DNA from: a virus | IMG/VR virus record: IMGVR_UViG_3300030012_004234 | Span: 6,786 to 70,785 of that record | Reading direction: 5' to 3' (one strand) | Length of the DNA stretch: 64,000 nucleotides | Shown here: in pieces, positions 47,594 through 57,700 of the stretch | How positions within the stretch are numbered: the stretch's first letter is position 1 | Layout: every line of letters begins with the position of its first letter | Program-made: the position numbers and the translations under genes | Notes under the pieces: generated by a model | Databases searched by the model: none | What the model was told of the DNA's origin: nothing | Seen by the model: the letters and a program-made list of their open reading frames with translations, nothing else

Positions 47594-47824
47594 CTATAAA
47601 TAGTCAAATGCTTTAGTATGATATGGCCTATCTGGACGGCTTATTTTTTTGAAACCTAGACTCTTTGAAACTTTAAGAGCTTTTTTTGCTTTACCAAAAG
47701 CGCCCGGTGTTGCATAATTTTCTCCAGCACCAGGAGTAAAAGAAGCAGATCCGCCAGATACGTTTGCTTCTTGCAATTCAGATAGTACTTCTCTTACTAA
47801 TTGAATTACTTGAGACCTTGTCAT
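47594..47824 (-). CDS. Small head-associated protein carrying a copy of the MCP mature N-terminus motif
   Basis: LQE|ANVSGGSASFTPGAGENYA versus MCP VAE|ANTSGHGGSATFTAGAGENWA. Confidence 0.7.
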   Translation of the reverse strand: MTRSQVIQLVREVLSELQEANVSGGSASFTPGAGENYATPGAFGKAKKALKVSKSLGFKKISRPDRPYHTKAFDYL

Positions 47825-48675
47825 AAGTTTTTTAATTCATTAACAAGATCGTAATATTGCATAAGATTAACTAAATGAGTATCATTTACTTTTTCAGTTT
47901 TAGCTAAAGGAGTAATATTTTTTACTACTTCCTGTAGTTTAATCTTAACAACATCATCTTTTACTTTTGCAATTAATTTATTAACTTCTTTTAAAATATT
48001 ATCAAATTCTTTATTTACTAATTTATAAAGTCTACGATTAGAGTTTACTGATGTAATAAATTCTTTAAGAATATTTTTTTGTTCAGGTAATAAATCTTTA
48101 TACTTATCATTAAATTTTTCTAATAAAATTTTAAATGTAAGCATTTTTAAATCTTTGTCGTATTTACTGTAGTCTTCTATTAAACTGTCTTTAACAGCAT
48201 CTTTTTCCTGAGGATTAGAAGTTAGATGTTCTAAAATAGTAAACTTATTATCAACTAAAAATTGAGGGTCTACTAAATTACTATTATTCTGAGCTTCTAA
48301 TAAGCAGTACAGAGCAGCTAGAGGTTTATAAGCTCTAACTTCCATTCCAAAAAACTCTTCTAAATTATAATGTTTTTTAATTTCAGATATAAGCTCATAT
48401 TTTTGAGCTTTTAAAGTTTTTTGATCTAATTTTCTTGAAACTTCAGTAATAGTGGATAAAACAGCTTCTGCTTTACTCTGTATAAGTTTATTATTTTTAA
48501 TAAGGAACTCATATAGTTTATACTCTTTTGCTAAAGTACTTTTATTACTATAGAATTTTTTAAGTATTTCTATAGCTTTTGAGTCTTTATTGTCTAGGGT
48601 ATCTGCTGCTATTTGTTTAACTAACAGTTCAAATATGAGACCAGTATTACGATACTTCGAATGCTTTATCTTCAT
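47821..48675 (-). CDS. Helical head-morphogenesis protein of unknown function, downstream of portal
   Basis: 284 aa, all-helical, MKIKHSKYRNTGLIFELL; TATTTATA at 48692-48699. Confidence 0.6.
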   Translation of the reverse strand: MKIKHSKYRNTGLIFELLVKQIAADTLDNKDSKAIEILKKFYSNKSTLAKEYKLYEFLIKNNKLIQSKAEAVLSTITEVSRKLDQKTLKAQKYELISEIKKHYNLEEFFGMEVRAYKPLAALYCLLEAQNNSNLVDPQFLVDNKFTILEHLTSNPQEKDAVKDSLIEDYSKYDKDLKMLTFKILLEKFNDKYKDLLPEQKNILKEFITSVNSNRRLYKLVNKEFDNILKEVNKLIAKVKDDVVKIKLQEVVKNITPLAKTEKVNDTHLVNLMQYYDLVNELKNL

Positions 48676-48703
48676 TATATACGTTTACTATTATAAATAT
48701 GTA

Positions 48704-50599
48704 TTATTTACCTAAATCCTTGATATTGTCTTCTTTTAGTAACTCGCTATCGTCATCTTTAGATTTTTTGAAAACAATATCTTTCAACATATCTTTATTT
48801 TGTAGATAAACTTTCTCTGTAGAGTTGGTTTCCATAACATTATCATTGTCGGAAGGGTAGCCTCCTTTCATGCCTTGCTGACCTAAAGGATCTCTTCCTC
48901 CCATAGGGTTATCATTAGTGCCATATATAGAAGCTTTTTCTCTTGGTCTTCCTCCTTCAGGACCTGGCTGTCCCCACTCAGGTGTATCTTCATACCCTGT
49001 AGGAACTTCTCCTGGACCTGCTCCTTTTGGTGTAGAAGTAGATCTTCTACCGTACATTGAAGCAAGATCATGAGGTGTACCGTAAGTAGTACCTGATTTA
49101 GCTGGGTCATTACCTTCTCCTTCTATCTGTCCTATTCTAAATAGTCTTTTAGAATCTTCTCTAACTAAATCTCTCATTTCATTATACTTATCTTCTGACA
49201 TATCAAATATGTTTTCGTATATATAATCAGATGAGAATAATTTAGTATCTTTCATTTGATTAGCAAGATCAACTTTTTCTTTTAAGAGAGCTACTTTTTC
49301 TTGTTCAAATATAATAGACGGAGTAGTAAGTTTAATTTCAAAGTTAGTTAAACTTTCACCGGTAAATCCTTGAGAATATAAGTGAACTAATGCTATTTTA
49401 GTTAACTCTGATTCCATAATTCGTTGAACTCTTTCAACTGTTCTAGCGAATCTTATATCTTCAGCAGCTAAAGTTGCTTTTCCTTGTAAATCTCCTTCAT
49501 ATCCGAAGTATGCTTTTGGAATCTTAAGTGCTGCAAACATTTTTTGTTGCAAATATTGTACGTCAGTTACACCATCGTAATCTAATCCTTTAGTAGTTTC
49601 AATTCTTGTAGATGTATCTCCTCCTCTAACAGGCAGATAATAATCCTCCATCATATTCTGTAGATTAAATTTAAGGTTATATTGTCCTTGATCATCTACA
49701 TAAGGAGTTTTTTTCATTTGGTTGATAGTTTTTTGCATAAACTGCTCAACTTCATTAGGAGGTACGTTTCCTACATTAATATAGAACATTCTTTTTTCAG
49801 GAGATCTCATTATTCTATGAATTAACATAGCATCTTCCATCAAAGTAACTTGTTTAAATATTTTTCTTGCAGGCTCTAAATAAGATCTACCGTAAGGTAG
49901 GTAATGAGTATCTGAGATTAATCTAAAATGAGCTATTTCGTAATTATCAAATTCAACTATTTTATCGTTCTTTTTTCTTTTAGGTAAATATTGAGGATTT
50001 TGTGATGATGCTAAACCATCTGGATCTAATTGAAAAATAACTTTAGCAGGATTATCTGGATCTTCTCCTTCTCTCCTTACCATATGGTATACGGTATAAG
50101 GTAAAACGTTATAAACTCCAAATTTTTCTGAGATTTCTAGTTTTAAAAAGAAATCACCGTACTTACACATATTTCTAGTCCATGACCATAAGTTAAATTC
50201 TATATTTAAGACATCATAAAATAAGTTATAAAGTACTCTTTGTATATTTTCGTCCGAAGATTTTATAGCTAATATTTCATTTTGGTCATTTTTTACTGTA
50301 GCTTCGTCAGAAAGTATGTCAAGTGCAGAAGCAATTAATGGATCTGTATCCATAGCTTCATAATCTGAGTATAGTTGAATCCTAAGTGTCTGATAATTTA
50401 AATTAGGATTAAATATATTTTTATTATTATAGATATATAATCTAGTAAATCTATCTATTAAGGAATTCGTCTGGTATCTACCTGTTCGTTGTATAGTATT
50501 GACATCAGCTATTTTGAGCTCATTGCCACCTACATTCCTTACTACAACATCTGAGGAAAATAGTCTTCGTAGTCTACCAAAAAGTGAAGTATCTGCCAT
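48704..50599 (-). CDS. gp20: Portal protein (T4 gp20-like)
   Basis: YEAMD.DP.IASALDI..DEA, MEDAMLIHRIMRSPEKRMFYINVGN, MMEDYYLP.RGG...IET, ALKIPK; TATTTATA at 50617-50624. Confidence 0.97.
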   Translation of the reverse strand: MADTSLFGRLRRLFSSDVVVRNVGGNELKIADVNTIQRTGRYQTNSLIDRFTRLYIYNNKNIFNPNLNYQTLRIQLYSDYEAMDTDPLIASALDILSDEATVKNDQNEILAIKSSDENIQRVLYNLFYDVLNIEFNLWSWTRNMCKYGDFFLKLEISEKFGVYNVLPYTVYHMVRREGEDPDNPAKVIFQLDPDGLASSQNPQYLPKRKKNDKIVEFDNYEIAHFRLISDTHYLPYGRSYLEPARKIFKQVTLMEDAMLIHRIMRSPEKRMFYINVGNVPPNEVEQFMQKTINQMKKTPYVDDQGQYNLKFNLQNMMEDYYLPVRGGDTSTRIETTKGLDYDGVTDVQYLQQKMFAALKIPKAYFGYEGDLQGKATLAAEDIRFARTVERVQRIMESELTKIALVHLYSQGFTGESLTNFEIKLTTPSIIFEQEKVALLKEKVDLANQMKDTKLFSSDYIYENIFDMSEDKYNEMRDLVREDSKRLFRIGQIEGEGNDPAKSGTTYGTPHDLASMYGRRSTSTPKGAGPGEVPTGYEDTPEWGQPGPEGGRPREKASIYGTNDNPMGGRDPLGQQGMKGGYPSDNDNVMETNSTEKVYLQNKDMLKDIVFKKSKDDDSELLKEDNIKDLGK

Positions 50600-50626
50600 T
50601 AAACGTTTAATTTATATATAAATAGT

Positions 50627-52201
50627 CTATTTTAGTAACCAAGTAATATCTTCAGTACCACCTGGCGTCTTTATAAGATAAGGATTTTCTTTCTTATTTC
50701 CAACTGTTTTTATAACAGCTTGGTTTCTAGCATTCAAATTGCTAAAAGAAGATAATTGAGCTCTAGCTAAATCCATGCCCTGTTGCCTCAATCTTAAAGC
50801 AGTATCTCTAACATATAGAGCTGATGCGCAAGACATAATTAAATCGTCATTATATCTGGTTTGAGCTTGAGCTTTTCCGTTTTTCCATATGAAAACACGC
50901 ATTTCTTGTAATAATCTTTTAGATTGAAACGTAACAGACTTTTCTCTAACGTATTCAATCATTTTTGCTATAACTAAAGGTCGTGTTCTCATAGACATAG
51001 TAAAGCCTGGTACTAGTTTATCTCTTTCATACTTATGCATATAAGATTCAACAGTATCTAATTGATTAGTTGGGCTGTAATATAAGTTTCTATACTCTCT
51101 TTCTAAGATCTGTTCTATAGTAGCCCATCCAATATTAGCATTTTCTACTACTAATAAAGCATCATTATACTCAGATGCTATAGCTACGAGTACATTACCG
51201 AAATCTTTAGGTGCTATTTTACCTTTATATTCAGCTACTTGAACACAATTATCTATATCGAATACATGAAATGCAGAGTAGTCAGTAGAATCTCCTCTAG
51301 CTACGTCTGCACACACCATATATGATTTACTGTAATCAGCAGATTCCCAAATCCATAAATTACCATCAACTCCTCTTCTTTCCATAGGTTCTTTTTCATA
51401 AGTTTGTTCATAGTAAGTCATATCTTCAGGTTCAAATACCGTATCTCCAGAAGCAAGAAAGTCACAATCACATTCTTGACCTGCCATTCTTGGACCTAAA
51501 TCTGCATCTTGTTGTTCTCTCCACTTTTGATCTCTCTCAGGATGAACTGTCCATGGTAATCTTATAGGAATAAAACTATTTTCTTTTACTACTGCTTTTT
51601 CCCATGTAAGATGAAACCAGTTACCTACACCATTAGGAGTAGATAAAGCCATACATTGACCACCTGTAGCTAATGTTTGTTGTGCTGCAGTAAACGTTTC
51701 ATCAATATTATCTATAAACGCCGCCTCATCAATTAGAAGTAATGATACTGCTTCTGATCTTGCTGCATCAGTATTAGAAGACTTAGCTGCTATTCTTGAT
51801 CCATTTTTTAATCTTAATGATAATTTATTTTTTTCTACTGAGGGTAGTTTCAACCATTTAGGAAGCTGGTCATACATAAAGATAACTTTAGTAACTAAGT
51901 TTCTAGCTGTAGCTTGAGTAGTTGCTAATGCTAATACGTTTTTATCTTTATGAAATATCATTAACCAGAGAGAATAAGCTGCTGATAATGTAGATATACC
52001 TAGCTGTCTTGACTTTAAAGTAATGACATATTGATTATCTTTGAATACATGAAGTATTTTTTCTTGAAAAGGGTATAAGTTAAAAAGAATCCTACCTCTA
52101 GTAGGGTGCTGAATATAGCAGTACTTTCTCATAAAGTACGCCGGATCTTTAGCGCACTTAAGATACTCTTGTGCGATTATTTTTTTTATATCTTGTGCCA
52201 T
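50627..52201 (-). CDS. gp17: Large terminase subunit (T4 gp17-like)
   Basis: LKSRQLGIST (Walker A), LLIDEAAF (Walker B), STPNG, QE.DC.F, DVARG, NDDLIM; no intein evident. Confidence 0.97.
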   Translation of the reverse strand: MAQDIKKIIAQEYLKCAKDPAYFMRKYCYIQHPTRGRILFNLYPFQEKILHVFKDNQYVITLKSRQLGISTLSAAYSLWLMIFHKDKNVLALATTQATARNLVTKVIFMYDQLPKWLKLPSVEKNKLSLRLKNGSRIAAKSSNTDAARSEAVSLLLIDEAAFIDNIDETFTAAQQTLATGGQCMALSTPNGVGNWFHLTWEKAVVKENSFIPIRLPWTVHPERDQKWREQQDADLGPRMAGQECDCDFLASGDTVFEPEDMTYYEQTYEKEPMERRGVDGNLWIWESADYSKSYMVCADVARGDSTDYSAFHVFDIDNCVQVAEYKGKIAPKDFGNVLVAIASEYNDALLVVENANIGWATIEQILEREYRNLYYSPTNQLDTVESYMHKYERDKLVPGFTMSMRTRPLVIAKMIEYVREKSVTFQSKRLLQEMRVFIWKNGKAQAQTRYNDDLIMSCASALYVRDTALRLRQQGMDLARAQLSSFSNLNARNQAVIKTVGNKKENPYLIKTPGGTEDITWLLK

Positions 52202-52203
52202 AA

Positions 52204-53337
52204 CTATTTAATTTTTTCAAACTTTCCATCTTTCAACAAATATATATTAGAAGAACGGTAAGCTACAGCTTTAGTCATTGCAATAGCTTCATTATTTTGA
52301 ATACCGAACATTGTTCTATCTCCTCTATAAGCTGCTGTGAGGTAAGGAGTATACTCTCCTTTAGGTATATTTGGTGGAAGAAGTACATGTTCTCCAGATA
52401 ATTCATATTTATTATCTCCTATCTTTTCAAACTCTACTTCACCTTGAATGACTATATTTACATTTTCTTTACTATTAGGTTTCCCATATTCAGGTCCAAA
52501 GATCAAAAGTTTAATAAGTTCTTTATCTTTAATTGGAGCAATAAATCTTGTTTTATTGGGAAGTCCTTCTAGGTTATTATCAACCAGAAATTTTTTGAGG
52601 CCGTTATTAAAAGCTACAACTTCTGGATGATCAGCATAAGCGGTGTATCCGCTCCATCTTATAAAGTCAGATGCAGCTGGTCCTTTACTTCCTGCTTTTT
52701 TATGAGAAATAAATACTACAGGGTTACCTTTTTCGTCTAATAAATTAAAATCAGATTTAGGCATTCCTGATTGAGTTTCTGCAGAACCTATTTTGTATGC
52801 TTTTCCGTTGACTACTACGTCAATAGTACCTCCTTCAACATCTATGAGGCTGTTTAATTTTTTTTTAAGAATGTATAGATTCTCATCTTCTACTACTGTT
52901 CCTGATCCTGCTCCTTTACCTCCAAATTCTGGTGTTTTTAAAAGATCATTTAGTGAAACAGAATTGTTTTCAGAATCTATAAAGAAAGGAAAATTATTAA
53001 CTCTACTGCCTGCTATTTTTCTAATACCGTCTAAATCTCTATTTTTAAATAGATCGGCGTATTCTTCTGAGGCAAATTTTAATTTTACTTCACTACCATC
53101 AGTGTTGTAGAAAGAATCATTCGACTGTACCATATCATAAAACTTAACCAATCTAGGAGCCCCTCTTTTAATAAGTTCAGAAAATTTAAGTACTCTATAT
53201 CCCTTATCTAAAACCTCTATTAGGTCTATTCCAAACATAGACTCAAATAACCTTAAATCATCTTCGTTATTAAGGTCAGGATATCCTTTTTTGGTTCTAT
53301 ATGACCATTCTAATATTACTCTATCTATAAGATTCAT
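52204..53337 (-). CDS. PD-(D/E)xK restriction-endonuclease-like protein with N-terminal leader
   Basis: E.E...PKSDF..(10)..FISHK...F.RWSG; leader MNLIDRVILE.WSYR..KGYPD. Confidence 0.6.
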   Translation of the reverse strand: MNLIDRVILEWSYRTKKGYPDLNNEDDLRLFESMFGIDLIEVLDKGYRVLKFSELIKRGAPRLVKFYDMVQSNDSFYNTDGSEVKLKFASEEYADLFKNRDLDGIRKIAGSRVNNFPFFIDSENNSVSLNDLLKTPEFGGKGAGSGTVVEDENLYILKKKLNSLIDVEGGTIDVVVNGKAYKIGSAETQSGMPKSDFNLLDEKGNPVVFISHKKAGSKGPAASDFIRWSGYTAYADHPEVVAFNNGLKKFLVDNNLEGLPNKTRFIAPIKDKELIKLLIFGPEYGKPNSKENVNIVIQGEVEFEKIGDNKYELSGEHVLLPPNIPKGEYTPYLTAAYRGDRTMFGIQNNEAIAMTKAVAYRSSNIYLLKDGKFEKIK

Positions 53338-53618
53338 TAGTCTCTTTTTAGATCTTGTTCTGGCATATCGATATCATCAGGATTTTTTTCAAAGCTTGTA
53401 TTAGTTAAAGTATATTCAACTTTTCTTACATTTTTACCATCTTTGTCTCTGACATATACCTCTACTCCTGCAATTGCTCCTAATTTAATTAGATCATCAA
53501 GTTGATCTCCTGATATTCCTATACCGGTAGGGGCCATTTCTTCATCTAATTTAGATTCATCCATAGTGGCCACTTTATTTTCAATTAAAAATTTTCTAAG
53601 ATCAAAATTATTTTTCAT
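53337..53618 (-). CDS. Small putative internal head protein with MKNNFDLRKFLIEN leader
   Basis: Shared leader followed by MDE/LDE sites. Confidence 0.7.
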   Translation of the reverse strand: MKNNFDLRKFLIENKVATMDESKLDEEMAPTGIGISGDQLDDLIKLGAIAGVEVYVRDKDGKNVRKVEYTLTNTSFEKNPDDIDMPEQDLKRD

Positions 53619-53628
53619 ATCACTATTT

Positions 53629-54771
53629 TTATGCTTCAGGTTCTTCAGCTGGTTCTTCGAAATCTATAGGCTCATCAGTTAAATCTGCTCCTCCTTCTTC
53701 TCCTCCTTCAGGATCAGGTGCATCTAAATCAGTTCCTGCTCCAGTTCCAGCATCAGCTCCAGGAAAATCTCCTCCTCCACCAGTATCAGCAGAATCTACG
53801 TCTGTTCCTGCTTCTCCTGTTTCTCCGCCAGATGCTAATGGTGCTTGTCTATATAATACTTCTAATTTATCTAATGCTTGTTGGTATTCTGAAATTTTAT
53901 TTAAATAGTATCTTTTACCCATTATTTGAGCTTGAAAACCATCTCCTAACCATTTAAGTATATAATCTTGACCGTTTTTCAAATTTACTCTGAATGATGT
54001 AGGTCTAGGAGAAACCCAATCAATACTTTCAACAAATTCTTTGAAATCTTCAGTTTGAAGTTTAACAATAGCATTCTTTAATGTAGGAAATTTATTAAGC
54101 ATTATATCAGTTGAATCTTCTAATACTGTTTCTTTAGATGCTTTTGGATCTGGTTGTTCTTCAGGTTCAGGTTCTTGTTCGTTTACTAAGTCTGATAGGT
54201 TTTCATTAAGTTCGTATCTTAAATAAGCTCCTACAGTATTATTAAGTTTACTACCTTCATTCAGTACTTCTTCCATTGCTCTTCTTATCTTAAATCTTTC
54301 GTACTGTTCAGGGTGATTTTTTCTAAGGTAAGATTGCATCTTTCTAAAGTTAGTCTTTATTAATTCAAAAAGATCTTTAGCTTCTTGATCCGACTTAACA
54401 GAATCTCTACCCATCAAAGTTTTAATATCTTTCAAAATTTTAGCATACCTATTGTAAAGGTTTTCAAAAGACGGCAGTCTTATTATTGCATGTTTATATG
54501 AATTAGTCTCTTTATTATAAGCTGTGGTATAATAATAAGTCTCATATTCTTTATCTACATAATCTCTAGTAGGATCTCCAGGAGCAGGTCTTCCTTTATA
54601 TTCTACATTTTTTTTCAAAGATGTTTTTATATTATTAGGAATATCTTTCCAAAAAATTACTCTTTTGTCCTCTAGTTCATCATCAAGATCAAAACTTTCT
54701 CTATCATCTTGTTCTATTAGAGCCTCTGTGTAAGCTTCTAAAATTATATTTTTAAGATCCTTTTTTTTCAT
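53629..54771 (-). CDS. Two-domain putative head protein with leader and acidic Gly-rich tail
   Basis: MKKKDLKNIILE|A; LNE|G, LNE|N, VNE|Q linker between domains; low-complexity acidic C-terminus. Confidence 0.6.
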   Translation of the reverse strand: MKKKDLKNIILEAYTEALIEQDDRESFDLDDELEDKRVIFWKDIPNNIKTSLKKNVEYKGRPAPGDPTRDYVDKEYETYYYTTAYNKETNSYKHAIIRLPSFENLYNRYAKILKDIKTLMGRDSVKSDQEAKDLFELIKTNFRKMQSYLRKNHPEQYERFKIRRAMEEVLNEGSKLNNTVGAYLRYELNENLSDLVNEQEPEPEEQPDPKASKETVLEDSTDIMLNKFPTLKNAIVKLQTEDFKEFVESIDWVSPRPTSFRVNLKNGQDYILKWLGDGFQAQIMGKRYYLNKISEYQQALDKLEVLYRQAPLASGGETGEAGTDVDSADTGGGGDFPGADAGTGAGTDLDAPDPEGGEEGGADLTDEPIDFEEPAEEPEA

Positions 54772-57700
54772 TTTTTCCTTCTAATGCTAATTTATCAATA
54801 ATAGGTTGTTTTTCTTCTGAATCTAAATAATGGAATGCTTTAGATAAGTAGTCTTTAGACAATATTAATTTACTTTGCCACCAATTAGGAAAATCAACTT
54901 CTCCATCAAATTGATCATACTTAGCTAATTTTTTATATAACTTAGCTGCAAAAGTTGCTGCTTCATATGCTGTGCTTTTAAGCATACCGGGTTCATCATC
55001 TTGATGACCTATATCAGTATCTTCATCAATATTCTTTCTTCTGGGATACTGAGTAGACATATCTTTTAAGTCTCCTATGACTGATTGCATTGCTCTAGCC
55101 ATTCTTGGGAAATCATCGGCAGGTATTTGGATATACTCTCTACCGTAAGTTATCTGCACCATTAATCCTCTTTTACCTCCAAAGAATCTTTTTATTTGTA
55201 GACCACCTTTATCGTATAGTTCAGTACCTTCTTTAAGTTCTTTCTCTTCCATCGGATAATCTTCATCATCTAAATCATCATACCCATAATCTTCCAATCT
55301 ATCTACTTCACTACCTAATGTAGTATCATATCTATTATTTGAGTAAACCATATTGAATACGCCATAGCCGTCCATTCTTGATAATTCATTAGGAAAGTTC
55401 TGTCTAACTATATCTCTAGCTTCTTCTCCAAGCTCTTCTACTCGTCCAACAATATCTTTTAATCTATCTAAAGCTTCATCTTGATCTGCATTTTCTTGAA
55501 CGTTAGGATCTAATTCTTGACCTCTACCTACATTTGCTACAGCTTTTTCTAAAGCAGCTTCTACTTGTTTTTTCTTTTTAGTGAGTGATTTTAAGTGATC
55601 CATTACTGAATGTTTACCTGGTTCAGAACCTCCTTGGTACATATGGTCACCGCCTTTTTCTTTTCTTAGAGCATTAAGCTCTTTCATTTTATCAACTATT
55701 AATTTATGAACTTTTTGTAATTCAGATACTGAGTATTTTCCTTTTGGTAGTTCTTTATCTTCAATTGCTTCGTTGCGGTCATCTCCAAATCCTCTTAACA
55801 TATCTTTTAAAAGTTCAGCTGCTTTTTTGATCATACCTACATCTTGTCCTACTTCACCGGATTGTAGCATTTTTAAAATATTTAAAAGCTTTATCTTTTC
55901 TTCTTTTCCTATATAATATAAGTCACCCTCTTGTAGTGTAAGGGTATCCTCTTCTGATGATCTAATTACAGCTTTAAGTATTTGTTTTAATTTACTAAAT
56001 TCTTCACCAGTTACTGGGTCTTTATCATACCCTAATCTTGCTACAAAGCTTTTTATAAAATCTATATCACCGTCATCTAAGTAAACTAAATCGCCTTCTT
56101 TAACTAATTTATCGAGATACTTAGCCTGTCCTGCATGACCTTTAGAAGATTTTTTTAAGGACTTACTCATATCTTTTAACTTCTTTTTTTCAGCTTTAGA
56201 TAATTCAGCTGATGCTTCTTTCATAGATGATTTCATCCATGTAGCTAGTATTTGTCTAGCTGTATTTCTATCCAAACCGAATTCAGCTCGTAAATAAGGA
56301 ACAGCACCAAACATGTTAGTTACACCTGAATCCCTTAATTTGTTTAAATATTCGAAGTAATATTCTGGATTATCTATTTCTTCTTCGTTATATTGAGTTA
56401 CTGGAGGTACTTTAGATCTTTGTTTATCTTTTGGATCACTTAATCTAGCTCCTTTTTCTCTAGCAGCTTTTGTTAATCTACCTTTAACCAAGTTACCTGA
56501 AGCGGTAAAATAATGACCGGAAGGTGCTCCTTTAGTTTCATTATTTTTTTTAATATTAATAAGTTTTTGGATTTTACTTATTCGATCTTCTTTAACTTCT
56601 ACCTCATTAAATTTAATAGGTATAAAAATTTCAAATGCTCTTATATCTGTACCCTTCTCACCTTTACCTTGACCTACATCTAATCCTTCCTGTTTCATTA
56701 AGAAGTCTTTTACAAATTCTGTTACATATTTAAGAGCAACTTTAGGTTTAGCAGTTCGATTTAAACCGGTTGGTCCATCAATAGCTACGTATAACGTTGT
56801 ACTATCTTCTTTGAAAGCTCCTTTTTGACCAGTAGGGTATATCCTGAATCCTATATTATCTCGAATCTTAGATAGGTCAGACTTGGCAAAAAAGTTATCG
56901 ATTGCTTTTAATATATTATTTACTCCGGCTTTCTGTCTAGGTGAATATTTTTCAAACTCTGTTCCAATTCTATCCATAAAAGCATATCTGTTAAATAAAA
57001 TAGTAGATTTAGGTTCATAAATTTTATCTGCTTTATTTTTGCCAAAACCAAAAAATTCTTTTACTCCCTGACTAGCATCTTTAATCTTTTCTATATGACC
57101 GTCTAAATAATCAACTCTGTCAACTGGTAGACCCATGCTTGAAACTTGGTCTTTAATAGTAGCAGATACGTATTGAGCATCATTTAAAATTTTTGTAGCA
57201 TAAGAAGAATCTTTTAACGCTCTTATTTCCATTTTAAATAATACATCATGTAATTTAGCAAGTCTTATAACTTCTTCTTTATTTAGTTCTCCATAATTAC
57301 CGTCTACAACATCTTGTATAAACGATTTAGCACCAGGACAAATTTTATAGTATTTAGTTTGATAACCATAAACGTTTACGTTATACTTATCAGCAGCATA
57401 TTCTCCTTCTTTTATATTTTTTTTCCTTCTTTCTTTAGCAATCATTGCTTGTATCTTTTTGATTTTGTCTCTTTCAGGATGCTTTTCTAGTCTTTCAGCT
57501 TCTTTAGCATCTTGAAATTCTTTATCAGACATAGTTTCATTTTTAAATCTATCTCCTCTGTTAGCTGGGTTGCCCATAATATTGTTTAGTACGCTTTTTA
57601 ATTCTCTATTTATAACGTCTTGATGTAGTAAAGGCTTTCCATCAGCTTTGATTCCAACCGGAGCTAATTTTTTATCGAAAACTCCTCCTCCATATTCAAA

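Noticed and set aside
48883-49110. 75-aa minus-strand ORF nested in the portal gene
   Set aside because: Alternate frame within the Gly/Pro-rich portal tail; no independent support.
40790-52201. Introns or inteins in terminase, portal or capsid genes
   Set aside because: Lengths are typical, motifs are contiguous, and no intein or homing-endonuclease signatures were seen.
54752-54771. A8 run in the 20-nt overlap between the 1148-aa and 380-aa genes as a programmed frameshift
   Set aside because: A-runs are common here, no stimulatory structure is visible, and the downstream gene has its own ATG and leader.
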